In this document: piece after piece, positions 1-11,823 of the stretch
Position numbering within the stretch: the stretch's first letter is position 1
Layout: each line of letters begins with the position of its first letter
Assembly: GCF_051307045.1 (NCBI RefSeq)
Contig: NZ_CP150452.1
Coordinates: forward strand, 421,287-461,286
Origin: Dryocola sp. BD586
Lineage (GTDB): Bacteria > Pseudomonadota > Gammaproteobacteria > Enterobacterales > Enterobacteriaceae
Direction: 5' to 3'
Length of the DNA stretch: 40,000 nt
Position numbers and translations under genes: made by a program
Notes under the pieces: model-generated
What the model was told of the DNA's origin: nothing
What the model saw: the letters and a program-made list of their open reading frames with translations, nothing else
The model's database searches: none

Positions 1-700
1 CTGCGAGGATGTTAGCGACCACCACATCGGCGCTCATGGCTTCTGGCTGATCCTGCGGCAGATAAAGCTCCAGGCGCTCGGAAACGCCGTTGCGCTGGGC
101 ATTATCGCGGCTGGCCTGAATGGCCTGGGGATCGATATCGATGCCGATCGCTTTCGCCGCGCCAAGCTTAAGCGCCGCAATGGCCAGAATGCCGGAGCCG
201 CAGCCGAAATCGATAACGGTTTTGCCTGCCAGATCCAGGCCGTCCAGCCATTCGAGACAAAGAGAAGTGGTGGGATGCGTGCCGGTGCCGAACGCCAGGC
301 CCGGGTCGAGCATCACGTTCACGGCGTTTACGTCAGGCACGTCGCGCCAGCTTGGGCAAATCCATAAACGCTGGCCGAAACGCATGGGGTGGAAGTTATC
401 CATCCACTCCCGCTCCCAGTCTTTGTCTTCGAGCTGCTCGATTTTATGACGGAAGCCCTGGCCGAGCAGCGGGTGGCCTTCTAAAATGGCCACCACCTCT
501 TGCATATCGGCTTCTGCGTCAAACAGGCCGATGACATCGGTATCGCCCCACAGGCGAGTCTCACCCGGCAGGGGTTCAAATACCGGCGTGTCGTGCGTGT
601 CCTGAAAGGTAACGGACACCGATCCGCTTTCAATCAGGGCATCGCCGAGCTCTTCAGCGTTGGCGCCGGTGGTATTAATCTTCAGTTGAATCCATGGCAT
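1..700 (-). CDS. prmA: Ribosomal protein L11 methyltransferase PrmA (partial; 3' end lies beyond the window edge)
   Basis: The reverse complement of 641-700 reads [20 protein letters not shown], and that of 1-100 reads [33 protein letters not shown]. Both match E. coli PrmA as I recall it. The frame is open to the window edge, which is why it is missing from the ORF track. It lies directly downstream of panF, as in E. coli. Confidence 0.95.
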   Translation of the reverse strand, partial: MPWIQLKINTTGANAEELGDALIESGSVSVTFQDTHDTPVFEPLPGETRLWGDTDVIGLFDAEADMQEVVAILEGHPLLGQGFRHKIEQLEDKDWEREWMDNFHPMRFGQRLWICPSWRDVPDVNAVNVMLDPGLAFGTGTHPTTSLCLEWLDGLDLAGKTVIDFGCGSGILAIAALKLGAAKAIGIDIDPQAIQASRDNAQRNGVSERLELYLPQDQPEAMSADVVVANILA

Positions 701-711
701 GGCGAAACTCT

Positions 712-2167
712 TTATTTATCAGTAGATGAAACAAGCGCTGGCTCCGGCACCCTGTGGCCGAAACGGTTGCCGATGATGAAGGCCAGCAGGCTTAATAATA
801 GTGAAGGAACGATCGGGTGGAAGCTGAGCAGCTGGATATTAAAGCTTGCCAGCGCGGCATACAGCACGCCGCCGACGATCATCGCGCTTAACGCGCCCGT
901 TGCGTTTGCGCTTTCCCAGTACAGGCCCAGCACCAGCGGCCAGAGGAAGACGGCTTCCAGGCCACCAAAAGCGAGCAGGTTAAGCCAGATGATCATCTCC
1001 GGCGGACGCCAGGCGGCAAGCAGCAGCAGCGCGCCCAGAATCAGCGTGATAAGCGAAGACATTCGCTTCAGGCGTTTCTCGTTATGGATCTGTTCTGGCC
1101 GCATGTTGAGATAGAGATCTTTTACGATCGTCGCCGAAGACTGCAGCAGCTGCGCGTTAATGGTGGACATAATGGCGGCCATCGGCGCGGCGAGGAAGAT
1201 CCCGGCCGCAACGGGCGGCAGCACCGTCACCATCAAGGTTGGGATCACCAGATCCGGCACGTGCAAATCTGGCAGCACGGCCCTGCCCAGCGCCCCCGCC
1301 AGGTGCATTCCCAGCATCAATACCGCCACCACGACGGTGCCCAGGATAATGCCCCGGTGCACCGCTTTGCTGTCCTTATAGGAGATACAGCGCACGGCGG
1401 TATGCGGCAGGCCCAATCACCCCAAAGCACACCAGCACCCAGAAGGAGGTCATAAAGGCAGGCGAGAGAATATGGTCAGCGCCCTGCGGGGAAACCAGTT
1501 GCGGATCGATATGCTGAAGTTTATCCACCGCGCTTTCCAGCCCTCCTGCGGCGTGAATCACGCCCACCAGCAGCAGGATGGTGCCCAGCAACATCACCAG
1601 CCCCTGCATGGCGTCGTTCAACACGCTGGCGCGAAAGCCGCCGAACGCGGTGTAGAGCGCGATACTGATGCCGAAGATCAGCAGGCCGGTTTCGTAAGGG
1701 ATACCCGCCGCGGTTTCGAGCAGGCGGGCGCCGCCGATGAACTGTACCGTCATCGCGCCGATAAAGGCCACCAGCAGGCTCAGGCTTGCCAGCCACACCA
1801 GCAGCCTGCTCTGGTAGCGTCCGTAGAGCATGTCATTGAGCGTTACCGCGTTATAACGGCGGGCGAGAATGGCGAACTTCTTGCCCAAAATGCCCAGCGA
1901 CAGCCAGACGGCGGGAAGCTGGATCATCGCCAGCAGCACCCAGCCCAGCCCGTATTTGTAGGCGGCGCCCGGCCCGCCAATAAATGAACTGGCGCTGATA
2001 TAGGTGGCCGTAAGGGTCATTGCCAGCACGAATCCGCCCATTGAACGGCTGCCCAGGAAGTATTCATTAAGGAAATTGCCCGTGCTCCGCTTGCGCATGG
2101 CGTACACGGAGAGGCCAAACACCACCAGCAGATAGGCGACCAGAGGCAAAACGACTTCAAGCTGCAT
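712..2167 (-). pseudogene. panF: Sodium/pantothenate symporter PanF, split by a 1-bp insertion as sequenced
   Basis: ORFs 1376..2191(-) and 712..1416(-) together cover the whole E. coli PanF sequence (MQLEVVLPLVAYL ... FWVLVCFGVIG | LPHTAVRCISYKDSKAVHRG ... ). The break is at GGCCC 1410-1414. The span length is 1456 nt, which is 1 mod 3. The true start is ATG at 2165-2167 (MQLEV), overlapping the yhdT stop. Confidence 0.9.
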
Positions 2168-2399
2168 GATCATCCTCCAGAGGGATGTCACGGAAGATAA
2201 GCTTTACCATCAGCCAGCACAGCCCGATAAAGACCACGGGCACCAGCAGGCAGGCCATTTCAAACCAGTGCGGCAGGCCGGTCGGGCCGATCTCATTATC
2301 AGGTAAGTAAGCAGCCACTAACCAAGCTGCGAGGTAGGCCAAGGTTAGCCACAGCGCCCAGCGCGCTTCTTTATGGGCCTGAACAAAACGCGTGTCCAT
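2157..2399 (-). CDS. yhdT: Small inner-membrane protein YhdT (DUF997), upstream partner of panF
   Basis: The internal Met of ORF 2157..2441(-) gives MDTRFVQAHKEARWALWLTL..., 80 aa, collinear with E. coli YhdT. It occupies the conserved accC-yhdT-panF position. Confidence 0.88.
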   Translation of the reverse strand: MDTRFVQAHKEARWALWLTLAYLAAWLVAAYLPDNEIGPTGLPHWFEMACLLVPVVFIGLCWLMVKLIFRDIPLEDDHAA

Positions 2400-2460
2400 T
2401 GTTATCCCTTGAGTTCGCGGAAAGCGGCGATTGTAACGCATAGCGGCGGGCGGGGGATCA

Positions 2461-2491
2461 AAAAAGAAAAGGCCGCGGGAGCGGCCTTTTT
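2461..2491 (-). terminator. Hairpin downstream of accC (GGCCGC-ggga-GCGGCC) flanked by A-run and T-run; candidate rho-independent terminator or attenuator
   Basis: The perfect 6-bp GC stem is at 2471-2476/2481-2486. An A10-like run precedes it on the + strand, which is a U-run after the stem on the minus strand. It lies 20 nt after the accC stop. Confidence 0.6.
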
Positions 2492-2510
2492 AGCGACGTG
2501 GTGGAAAAAC

Positions 2511-3857
2511 TTAGTCCTGAAGACCCAGCTTTTTCTCCAGATAGTGGATGTTGGTGCCACCGTGCTGGAAATGTTCGTCGTTCATGATGCGGGTCTGCAG
2601 CTCAACGTTGGTTTTAATACCGTCGATGATCAGCTCCGCCAGGGCGTTCTTCATACGGGCGATAGCCACTTCACGGGTTTCACCGTAGCAGATCAGCTTG
2701 CCAATCATGGAATCGTAGTACGGCGGCACGGTGTAACCGGCGTAAATGTGCGATTCCCAACGCACGCCAAAACCGCCCGGCGCGTGGAAGCGGGTGATTT
2801 TACCCGGGCTCGGCAGGAAGGTGTTCGGGTCTTCGGCGTTAATACGGCATTCCACCGCGTGGCCTTTAACGTGAACTTCATCCTGCTTGATTGACAGCGG
2901 CTGACCGGCGGCAATGCGCAGCTGTTCTTTAATCAGGTCAACGCCGGTGATCATTTCGGTTACCGGATGCTCAACCTGAATACGGGTGTTCATTTCGATG
3001 AAATAGAACTCGCCGTTTTCGAACAGGAACTCGAAGGTGCCCGCCCCGCGATAGTTGATATCGACGCAGGCTTTTGCGCAGCGCTCGCCGATGAAGCGAC
3101 GCAGCTCAGGGGTGATGCCCGGCGCCGGCGCTTCTTCAACAACCTTCTGGTGACGACGCTGCATCGAGCAGTCGCGCTCTGCCAGATAGATGGCGTTACC
3201 CTGACCGTCTGCCAGTACCTGAATTTCGATATGGCGTGGGTTCTCAAGGTATTTTTCCATATAGACCATGTCGTTGTTGAAAGCCGCTTTCGCTTCCGCA
3301 CGGGTCATATTAATGGATTGTTCCAGTTCCGCATCGCTGCGCACCACGCGCATACCGCGACCGCCGCCGCCGCCGGACGCTTTGATAATCACCGGATAGC
3401 CGATGCGTTTCGCATGGGCGCGGTTTTTATCCATATCGTCATTCAGCGGGCCGTCGGAGCCCGGTACGCAAGGTACGCCGGCTTTTTTCATCGCGTTGAT
3501 AGCGGAAACTTTGTCGCCCATCAGGCGAATAGTTTCGGCGCGCGGGCCGATGAAAATAAAGCCTGAACGCTCAACCTGCTCGGCAAAGTTGGCGTTTTCA
3601 GACAGGAAGCCGTAGCCCGGGTGAATCGCCACCGCGCCGGTAATTTCGGCGGCGGAGATGATCGCCGGGATATTCAGATAGCTTTTTACGGACGGAGCCG
3701 GGCCGATACAGACCGTCTCATCCGCCAGCAGTACGTGTTTTAAGTCGCGATCCGCGCTTGAGTGCACGGCGACGGTCTTGATACCCAGTTCTTTACAGGC
3801 ACGAAGAATTCGCAGAGCAATCTCGCCACGGTTAGCGATAACAATTTTATCCAGCAT
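2511..3857 (-). CDS. accC: Biotin carboxylase subunit of acetyl-CoA carboxylase
   Basis: [42 protein letters not shown]... is near-identical to E. coli AccC over the full length. The start is taken at the conserved MLDK, 13 codons inside the track ORF. Confidence 0.97.
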   Translation of the reverse strand: MLDKIVIANRGEIALRILRACKELGIKTVAVHSSADRDLKHVLLADETVCIGPAPSVKSYLNIPAIISAAEITGAVAIHPGYGFLSENANFAEQVERSGFIFIGPRAETIRLMGDKVSAINAMKKAGVPCVPGSDGPLNDDMDKNRAHAKRIGYPVIIKASGGGGGRGMRVVRSDAELEQSINMTRAEAKAAFNNDMVYMEKYLENPRHIEIQVLADGQGNAIYLAERDCSMQRRHQKVVEEAPAPGITPELRRFIGERCAKACVDINYRGAGTFEFLFENGEFYFIEMNTRIQVEHPVTEMITGVDLIKEQLRIAAGQPLSIKQDEVHVKGHAVECRINAEDPNTFLPSPGKITRFHAPGGFGVRWESHIYAGYTVPPYYDSMIGKLICYGETREVAIARMKNALAELIIDGIKTNVELQTRIMNDEHFQHGGTNIHYLEKKLGLQD

Positions 3858-3867
3858 GTTCGCCTCG

Positions 3868-4347
3868 TTACTCGATGACGACCAGCGGCTCGTCATATTC
3901 TACCGGTTGACCGTTTTCAAGCAGGATGGCTTTCACCACGCCGGCTTTGTCGGCTTCGATCTGGTTCATCATTTTCATTGCTTCAACGATGCACAGGGTG
4001 TCGCCAACGTTAACTTTCTGGCCAACTTCAACGAATGCTTTCGCATCCGGGCTTGGGGTGCGGTAGAAAGTACCGACCATCGGGGAACGTACGATGTGAC
4101 CACTGACTTCAGCAGCCGCCGGCGCTTCCATAACCGGCGTAGCGGCAGGAGCAACAGCGTTAGACAGGCCCGGTTGCGGCTGTGGCTGGTACATTGGTGC
4201 GGCATAAGCCTGTTGCATCATCGGGAAACCATTGTTTGCCGGTGAGCGACTGATGCGTACAGACTCTTCGCCTTCAGAAATTTCCAGTTCAGCGATGCCT
4301 GATTCTTCAACCAGCTCGATCAGTTTTTTAATCTTACGAATATCCAT
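3868..4347 (-). CDS. accB: Biotin carboxyl carrier protein of acetyl-CoA carboxylase
   Basis: [18 protein letters not shown]... begins the protein, followed by a Pro/Ala-rich linker and the biotinylation motif [13 protein letters not shown]. It lies immediately upstream of accC. Confidence 0.97.
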   Translation of the reverse strand: MDIRKIKKLIELVEESGIAELEISEGEESVRISRSPANNGFPMMQQAYAAPMYQPQPQPGLSNAVAPAATPVMEAPAAAEVSGHIVRSPMVGTFYRTPSPDAKAFVEVGQKVNVGDTLCIVEAMKMMNQIEADKAGVVKAILLENGQPVEYDEPLVVIE

Positions 4348-4368
4348 GAGTGGGTTCCGTACTCTTGT

Positions 4369-4821
4369 TTAGATGGATTTTGACAGGCGTTTTACCGCCG
4401 TCTGTAGTGCAAATAAATAACCGTCAGCGCCTAATCCGCAGATAACGCCGACAGCTTTATCAGAAAGATAGGAATGATGGCGGAACGGTTCGCGCGCATG
4501 CACGTTGCTGAGGTGGATCTCGATAAACGGGATCTCCACCGCCAGCAGGGCATCGCGCAGGGCAACGCTCGTATGCGTAAACGCGGCCGGATTGATCAGG
4601 ATAAAGTCCACGTTGTCTTTAGCCTGATGAATTCGATCGATTAACGCATATTCCGCATTCGACTGCAGGTGGCTGAGCGACACATTGAGGGTTTTCGCTT
4701 CTTCTTCAAGCGTGTTAACAATCTGTGCCAGCGTCTGGCTGCCGTACTTATCCGGCTCGCGCGTTCCCAGCATATTCAGATTTGGACCGTTCAAAAGCAA
4801 AATGTGAAATTTACCCGACAT
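4369..4821 (-). CDS. aroQ: Type II 3-dehydroquinate dehydratase
   Basis: The 150-aa protein [20 protein letters not shown] ... [17 protein letters not shown] ... [18 protein letters not shown] carries the classic type II DHQase motifs. It ends 21 nt upstream of accB. Confidence 0.9.
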   Translation of the reverse strand: MSGKFHILLLNGPNLNMLGTREPDKYGSQTLAQIVNTLEEEAKTLNVSLSHLQSNAEYALIDRIHQAKDNVDFILINPAAFTHTSVALRDALLAVEIPFIEIHLSNVHAREPFRHHSYLSDKAVGVICGLGADGYLFALQTAVKRLSKSI

Positions 4822-5056
4822 CGTGCTGCCATCTCCCGCAATTTGTAGGCATTTTACAAAATATACCTAAGTTGCCCGGTTGTCACCTTCAGAGCCTGAA
4901 AATGGCCCCTCGGAAAAACCAAAGTCGCACATTATAACGATTTCGTAGCATTTGGCAGCTAAATACTGGTCTTATCAGGGAAGATGATCAACCCATATCA
5001 CGTTGAAGGCCCGCCGGCAGGGGGATTTTTGTGCGGCAGGGTTCACATTTTCAGAA

Positions 5057-5656
5057 TTACCGCCACCATTGACGGAATTTTTTGTAGCGCAGAGCGAGGA
5101 GAATGAAGGCACCCAGCGCATAAAGCAAGGGCTGCGGAGAGATAATCTTTACCGACCAGAGGTAGTGAATCGGCGCAAGGATAGCCACCAGATAGACGAA
5201 GTTATGCAGTTTTTGCCAGCGCGAGCCGAGCTTACGCTGCGCTTTTTGCGTCGAGGTCGCCGCCAGGGCCAGCAGCACCAGCCAGCTGATAATGCCCAGC
5301 GACAGGTAAGGGCGCGTCACCAGTTCCTGGCCGAGCAGGCGCAGGTTATCGATCCCTAATTCAAGCAACGAGTAGCTGACCAGATGCAGCGTCGCCCAGG
5401 CAAAGCACCACAGGCCCAGCAGCCGACGCGTACGAATCAGCAGGGGCTGCCTGGCGTAGCGGGCAAGGGGCGTGACCAACAGCGTCGCCAGCAGTAATTT
5501 CAGCGCCATTCTGCCGGTAAAATGCTGAATATCTTTTGCGGGATCCGCGCTGAACAGCCCCTGGCTTGCGGCATAGAACAGCCATATAAAAGGTAAAAAT
5601 GCCGCGAGGTGTAAAATCACTTTCAGCCAGGTAATGTGTTTCGCTGTGAGCCTCAC
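5057..5656 (-). CDS. msrQ: Methionine sulfoxide reductase heme-binding membrane subunit MsrQ (YedZ)
   Basis: [13 protein letters not shown]...[27 protein letters not shown]...[21 protein letters not shown] matches E. coli MsrQ. It abuts the msrP stop. Confidence 0.9.
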   Translation of the reverse strand: MRLTAKHITWLKVILHLAAFLPFIWLFYAASQGLFSADPAKDIQHFTGRMALKLLLATLLVTPLARYARQPLLIRTRRLLGLWCFAWATLHLVSYSLLELGIDNLRLLGQELVTRPYLSLGIISWLVLLALAATSTQKAQRKLGSRWQKLHNFVYLVAILAPIHYLWSVKIISPQPLLYALGAFILLALRYKKFRQWWR

Positions 5657-6661
5657 TTAAAAATTCTCCTTAAGATTCAGTCCGCGATACAAAGAGGCGA
5701 CCTGCTCGGCATAGCCGTTAAACAGCAGCGTCGGCTGGCGTTTTACATCCAGCACGCCGCCGGAGCCGATAAATCTTTCCGTCGCCTGCGACCAGCGGGG
5801 ATGATCGACGTGTGGATTCACGTTGGCATAAAAGCCGTACTCGTCCGGCGCGGCCATATTCCATGTCGTCGGCGGCAGGTCGCGAACCAGTTTGATGCTG
5901 ACGATAGACTTAATGCCCTTGAAGCCGTATTTCCACGGCACGGTGAGGCGGATCGGCGCGCCATTTTGCGGCGGCAGCGCTTTTCCGTAGACGCCGACGG
6001 TCAGCATCGTCAGCGGATGCATGGCCTCATCAAGACGCAGGCCTTCTACATAAGGATATTTCAGGCCGCCGCCGATAAAGCGATCCTTCTGACCCGGCAT
6101 TTGTTCGGGCGCATAGAGCGTTTCAAAGGCGACATACTTCGCGTTGCCGGTAGGTTCGACAAGCGCCAGCAGCTTGCTAAGGGGGAAGCCAATCCACGGC
6201 ACAACCATTGACCAGGCCTCCACGCAGCGCATGCGGTAGATGCGCTCTTCCAGCGGGAAGCGCTTATACAAATCATCCAGATCGAGCGTCAGGGGCTTTG
6301 CGACCTCGCCGCTGATTTTCACCTGCCAGGGATCGGTTTTCAGGCTGCCCGCGTTGGCGGCAGGATCGGCTTTATCCAGCCCGAACTCGTAGAAATTATT
6401 GTAGCCGGTAACCTTATCCTCCGGCGTCATGGGCAGCTTTGCCTGCCATTGCGCGGGCTTGCTGAACTGCAAAGGTTTACCCGCCGGCGCCGGCGGCCGG
6501 TCGTTTCCTTTAAACCACGAAAGGACGTCCGCTTCGGCCGTACGCGGAAGGGACAGCGCCGCCGCGCCGATCCCCAGAGCTTTAATTATCTGGCGGCGCT
6601 TGAGCAAAAAAACGTTTTCTGGCGTAACGTCCGCTTCGGTCAGATCGGTAACCTTCTTCAT
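5657..6661 (-). CDS. msrP: Periplasmic molybdopterin-dependent methionine sulfoxide reductase MsrP (YedY)
   Basis: The 334-aa protein has a Tat-type signal ([20 protein letters not shown]) and is collinear with E. coli MsrP (…[18 protein letters not shown]…[19 protein letters not shown]…). Confidence 0.93.
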   Translation of the reverse strand: MKKVTDLTEADVTPENVFLLKRRQIIKALGIGAAALSLPRTAEADVLSWFKGNDRPPAPAGKPLQFSKPAQWQAKLPMTPEDKVTGYNNFYEFGLDKADPAANAGSLKTDPWQVKISGEVAKPLTLDLDDLYKRFPLEERIYRMRCVEAWSMVVPWIGFPLSKLLALVEPTGNAKYVAFETLYAPEQMPGQKDRFIGGGLKYPYVEGLRLDEAMHPLTMLTVGVYGKALPPQNGAPIRLTVPWKYGFKGIKSIVSIKLVRDLPPTTWNMAAPDEYGFYANVNPHVDHPRWSQATERFIGSGGVLDVKRQPTLLFNGYAEQVASLYRGLNLKENF

Positions 6662-6951
6662 GGCAGTCTCCGGTATGCTTTTACCTAAGCATGACGGAGA
6701 AGTTGCTTCCCGGCGAATATGTCACGAAAAATTGAAATTTAAGGCCGCTTCCCGTCCTGCGCGGAACGGCGATGGGAAAAAACGCGCGGAGGGCTATACT
6801 CGCTAACTGGCGCGTCGCGTCCCTTTTTCGCAATAAACGGCGATATTTCGCCTGCGGGCATTTGCCAGGCAAAGCCTTTTGCTATGTAATGCCGCGTCAA
6901 TCCCGGCCCGGTTTAAGGCGACAATTTTCATCATACGGAGTTAACTCAAGG

Positions 6952-8892
6952 ATGCGATTAACGACGAAACTTTCAGCTTTCATGACGTTACTGACTGGCC
7001 TTGCGATCTTTGCCACGCTGGTCGGCTGCTCGCTGAGCTTTTTTAACGCGGCGCATGAAAAAGTGAACCAGCGGGTGCTGGCCGTTGCCAGCATTATTGA
7101 TAACGAGCTGGTCACCTCTTCCCCACAAATTTTGCTCGCCCGCCTCAATGAGGTGATGGTCCCTGTCGATATCACGGAAATTCATCTCAGCCTCGGCGAC
7201 AAAGTCGTCTATGAGCATGAGCTAAAGCAGGTTTATAACCCGGCCGGCAACCACTACGGCTACCGCAGCGTGACGGTTGAGTTAATGAAGCACCCCGGTA
7301 TGTTCGTCAGCCTGACCTTCCGCGATCCGGTGTCCAATTACTACAATTCCCTGTTTAACACCGTGCCGCTGACTCTCGCCGTCGCCTTTATGATCGTGGT
7401 GCTGTTTTTCGCCATTCGCTGGATGAAAAAGCAGCTGGCGGGACAGGAGCTGCTGGAAAGGCGCGCAACGCGCATCCTGAACGGCGAGCGCAGTTCAGAA
7501 GTCAGAGGTTCGGTGCTTGAGTGGCCAACCCGCGCCAGCAGCGCGCTTGATGTGCTGCTTTCTGATTTACAAAATGCGAGCGAACAGCGCAGCAGAATGG
7601 ATACGCTGATACGCGCCTTCGCCGCCCAGGATGCCAAAACCGGACTCAACAACCGTCTGTTTTTCGACAATCAGCTGGCGACGCTGCTTGAGGACCAGGA
7701 GCAGGTTGGCGCCTACGGCGTCGTCATGATTATTCGCCTGCCGGATTTTGACACCCTGCACGACACCTGGGGCCGTCCGGCGACCGAAGAGTATCTCTTT
7801 ACGCTGATTAATATGCTCTCGACCTTTGTGATGCGCTATCCCGGCGCGCTGCTGGCGCGCTACTTCCGCAGCGATTTCGCCGTCCTGCTGCCCCACCGCA
7901 CGTTAAAAGAAGCCGATGGCATCGCCAGCCAGCTTCTGACGGCCATAGATACCCTGCCTCCGACCCGCATGTTGGACAGCAGCGACATGCTGCACATTGG
8001 CATTTGCGCATGGCGCAGCGGGCAGACCAAGGAGCAGGTGATGGAAAATGCTGAGGTGGCGACCCGCCATGCCTCTTTGCAGGGCGCCAATAGCTGGTCG
8101 GTGTATGACGATAAGCTGCCTGAAAAGGGGCGTGGAAACGTTAAGTGGCGTACGCTCATTGAACAGGCGCTGCGACGCGGCGGCCCGCGCTTCTACCAAA
8201 AGCCGGCGGTAATGCGCGATGGCTATACCCATCATCGGGAAATCATGTGCCGTATCTTCGACGGCGAGCAGGAGGTGCTTTCGGCCGAGTATATGCCGAT
8301 GGTAAGGCAGTTCGGGCTTTTCGAGCAGTATGACCGCCAGCTGATAACGCGCACGCTGCCGCTGCTCGGCTTCTGGCCGGAAGAGACGCTGGCCGTGCAG
8401 ATTACCGTCGACTCGCTGATCCGCGCGCCTTTCCAGCGCTGGCTCAGGGATACGTTAATGCAGTGTGAAAAATCGCTGCGGAAACGAATTATTTTTGAAC
8501 TTGCAGAGGCAGATGTTTGTCAACACATCAGCCGCTTACAGTCGGTTATACGCTTAATAAAGGCTTTGGGCTCGCGGGTGGCGATTGTGCAGGCGGGGTT
8601 AACCGTGGTCAGCACAGCCTATATCAAGGCGCTGGATGTAGAGCTGATCAAGCTCCATCCGGGGCTGGTGAGAAATATTGAGAAGCGCACCGAAAACCAG
8701 TTATTTGTACAGAGCCTTGTTGAGGCCTGTAATGGAACGCAAACGCAGGTTTTCGCCACGGGTATCAGGAAGCGTGGCGAATGGCAGACGCTGGTGGAGA
8801 AAGGGGTAAGCGGCGCCCAGGGCGATTTTTTTGCCGCTTCAGCGCCGCTGGACAGTAACGTGAAAAAATATTCTCAAAGATACTCGGTTTAA
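6952..8892 (+). CDS. csrD: CsrD, degenerate GGDEF-EAL protein that regulates RNase E turnover of CsrB/CsrC
   Basis: From the internal ATG at 6952 the protein is MRLTTKLSAFMTLLTGL..., 646 aa, the same length as E. coli CsrD and collinear with it. It contains the degenerate motifs (YFRSDFAVLL; IFELAEADV). The 60 upstream codons of the track ORF have no homologue and are treated as a spurious extension. Confidence 0.93.
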   Translation: MRLTTKLSAFMTLLTGLAIFATLVGCSLSFFNAAHEKVNQRVLAVASIIDNELVTSSPQILLARLNEVMVPVDITEIHLSLGDKVVYEHELKQVYNPAGNHYGYRSVTVELMKHPGMFVSLTFRDPVSNYYNSLFNTVPLTLAVAFMIVVLFFAIRWMKKQLAGQELLERRATRILNGERSSEVRGSVLEWPTRASSALDVLLSDLQNASEQRSRMDTLIRAFAAQDAKTGLNNRLFFDNQLATLLEDQEQVGAYGVVMIIRLPDFDTLHDTWGRPATEEYLFTLINMLSTFVMRYPGALLARYFRSDFAVLLPHRTLKEADGIASQLLTAIDTLPPTRMLDSSDMLHIGICAWRSGQTKEQVMENAEVATRHASLQGANSWSVYDDKLPEKGRGNVKWRTLIEQALRRGGPRFYQKPAVMRDGYTHHREIMCRIFDGEQEVLSAEYMPMVRQFGLFEQYDRQLITRTLPLLGFWPEETLAVQITVDSLIRAPFQRWLRDTLMQCEKSLRKRIIFELAEADVCQHISRLQSVIRLIKALGSRVAIVQAGLTVVSTAYIKALDVELIKLHPGLVRNIEKRTENQLFVQSLVEACNGTQTQVFATGIRKRGEWQTLVEKGVSGAQGDFFAASAPLDSNVKKYSQRYSV

Positions 8893-9151
8893 CCTGCCGT
8901 TTAGCAAGTTTTCACGTAGAATAACGCGCGCTGCATCTCATGGGGGCGCGTGCGTCTGCCGGTCAGATTGTCGCAGCATTTAATGTATTGGTTTGCTACT
9001 TAGGCCTGTTCGTTTAACCTACAGCGTTTGTTCACTTCCCGAGCGGTTTGCGAACCAGTGTTTGTCAGGTGTATCAGGTGAAGTAAACTGCACAAATTTT
9101 CACCGTTGCAGAACATTTATGCGCCTTGTCGCTGCAGCGTGTGGTTGGTAA

Positions 9152-10243
<1,092 letters not shown>

Positions 10244-10328
10244 TCAGCCGCGGGTAAGGGGGAGTCTTTGACTGCCCCTTTCTTGTTGGCCTGGGAATAC
10301 GCATAGCCTATGAAGCCCATTTTTAGCC

Positions 10329-11327
10329 GTGGCCCCGTCGCTGCAGTTTCGCCTGATCCTGGCGTTGCTGGTGGCGATTGGCGTCATTATCGCCGACAGC
10401 CGCCTCGGTACGTTCAGCCAGATTCGAACGTACATGGATACTGCCGTCAGTCCTTTCTATTTTGTTTCAAACGGTCCCCGTGAGCTGCTTGATAGCGTGT
10501 CGCAAACGCTCGCCTCCCGTGACCAGCTGGAACTTGAAAACCGGGCGTTGCGTCAGGAGCTGATCCTGAAAAACAGCGAATTGCTGATGATGGGCCAGTA
10601 CCGTCAGGAAAACGCACGCCTGCGTGAATTGCTCGGCTCGCCGCTGCGACAGGACGAGCAAAAGATGGTGACCCAGGTCATCTCTACGGTAAACGATCCC
10701 TACAGTGACCAGGTGGTGATTGATAAAGGCAGCGTAAACGGCGTTTACGAAGGCCAGCCGGTTATCAGCGACAAAGGCGTCGTCGGGCAGGTTATCGCCG
10801 TGGCGAAGCTCACCAGCCGCGTGTTGCTGATTTGCGATGCAACCCACGCGCTGCCGATTCAGGTGCTGCGTAACGATATTCGCGTGATTGCCGCCGGCAA
10901 CGGCTGTACTGACGATCTGCAGCTGGAGCATCTGCCGGCGAATACGGATATCCGCGTCGGCGACGTCCTTGTGACGTCAGGCCTCGGCGGTCGTTTCCCT
11001 GAAGGTTATCCGGTGGGCGTCGTGTCTTCCGTGAAGCTTGATACCCAGCGCGCCTATACCGTGATTCAGGCCCGCCCAACCGCCGGTCTGCAGCGTCTGC
11101 GCTATTTGCTGCTGCTGTGGGGCGCGGATCGCGAAGGCAAAACGCCGATGCCGCCTGACGAAGTGCACCGCGTAGCTAACGAGCGCCTGATGCAAATGAT
11201 GCCGCAGGTTCTGCCGCCGGCTGATTCGGTCGGGCCGCCGGCTCCGGTTCCGCCGCCGGCTACTGGTATGCCGCACACGCCTGCTGTGGAGAATCCTCCC
11301 GCAACTGGTACCCAGGGAGGGCAGTAG
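10329..11327 (+). CDS. mreC: Rod-shape determining protein MreC; intact only from an alternative GTG because the conserved ATG at 10310 is out of frame
   Basis: The ORF from GTG 10329 reads (M)[44 protein letters not shown]..., collinear with E. coli MreC from residue 9. The conserved N-terminus MKPIFSRGP is encoded from ATG 10310 in the -1 frame. The two frames are joined by removing one C from GGCCCC at 10331-10336. Confidence 0.9.
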   Translation: MAPSLQFRLILALLVAIGVIIADSRLGTFSQIRTYMDTAVSPFYFVSNGPRELLDSVSQTLASRDQLELENRALRQELILKNSELLMMGQYRQENARLRELLGSPLRQDEQKMVTQVISTVNDPYSDQVVIDKGSVNGVYEGQPVISDKGVVGQVIAVAKLTSRVLLICDATHALPIQVLRNDIRVIAAGNGCTDDLQLEHLPANTDIRVGDVLVTSGLGGRFPEGYPVGVVSSVKLDTQRAYTVIQARPTAGLQRLRYLLLLWGADREGKTPMPPDEVHRVANERLMQMMPQVLPPADSVGPPAPVPPPATGMPHTPAVENPPATGTQGGQ

Positions 11328-11815
11328 TGGGGAGTTATCGTAGCCAGGGCCGTTGGGTTATCTGGCTGTCATTTTTGGTTGCCCTGTTGCTGCAGGTTAT
11401 GCCCTGGCCGGACGACATGAAGGTCTATCGTCCGGACTGGGTATTGCTGCTCCTGCTGTACTGGATCCTCGCGCTGCCCCATCGCGTAAATGTGGGCACG
11501 GGTTTTGTCATGGGTGCCATACTTGATCTGATAAGTGGCTCCACGCTGGGCGTTCGCGCCCTGTCACTGAGTATTGTCGCCTACCTGGCCGCATTAAAAT
11601 TCCAGCTGTTCCGCAACCTCGCGCTCTGGCAACAGGCACTGGTGGTGATGCTTTTATCACTGGTCACTGACGTCATCGTGTTCTGGTCGGAATTTTTGGT
11701 GATTAACGTCTCTTTCCGGCCGGAAGTGTTCTGGAGTAGCGTAGTGAACGGCGTGCTCTGGCCGTGGATCTTCCTGTTGATGCGAAAAATTCGCCAACAA
11801 TTTGCCGTGCAGTAG
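11327..11815 (+). CDS. mreD: Rod-shape determining membrane protein MreD
   Basis: The GTG start overlaps the mreC stop (TAGTG). (M)[27 protein letters not shown]... runs for 162 aa and is collinear with E. coli MreD. Confidence 0.93.
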   Translation: MGSYRSQGRWVIWLSFLVALLLQVMPWPDDMKVYRPDWVLLLLLYWILALPHRVNVGTGFVMGAILDLISGSTLGVRALSLSIVAYLAALKFQLFRNLALWQQALVVMLLSLVTDVIVFWSEFLVINVSFRPEVFWSSVVNGVLWPWIFLLMRKIRQQFAVQ

Positions 11816-11823
11816 GGTTAAAC

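Noticed and set aside
2967-3566. 199-aa plus-strand ORF, with similar ORFs at 27640..28245(-), 38778..39359(-), 29600..30295(+) and 500..1114(+)
   Set aside because: Each is antisense to a strongly identified gene (accC, mdh, nanT/nanK, degQ, prmA/panF) and shows low-complexity Arg/Ala/His-rich translations. They are treated as GC-driven shadow ORFs.
5000-5056. Direct repeat CCCTGCCG and partial pairing downstream of msrQ, considered as a terminator
   Set aside because: I could not draw a clean stem, because GCCCGCC/GGCAGGG contains mismatches. The T-run (GATTTTTG) is on the wrong strand for msrQ.
6772-6951. 60-codon N-terminal extension of the csrD ORF in the track
   Set aside because: The E. 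coli CsrD N-terminus (MRLTTK...) aligns with the internal ATG at 6952, which has its own AAGGA upstream. The extension is Arg-rich, has no counterpart, and would run through the divergent msrP promoter region.
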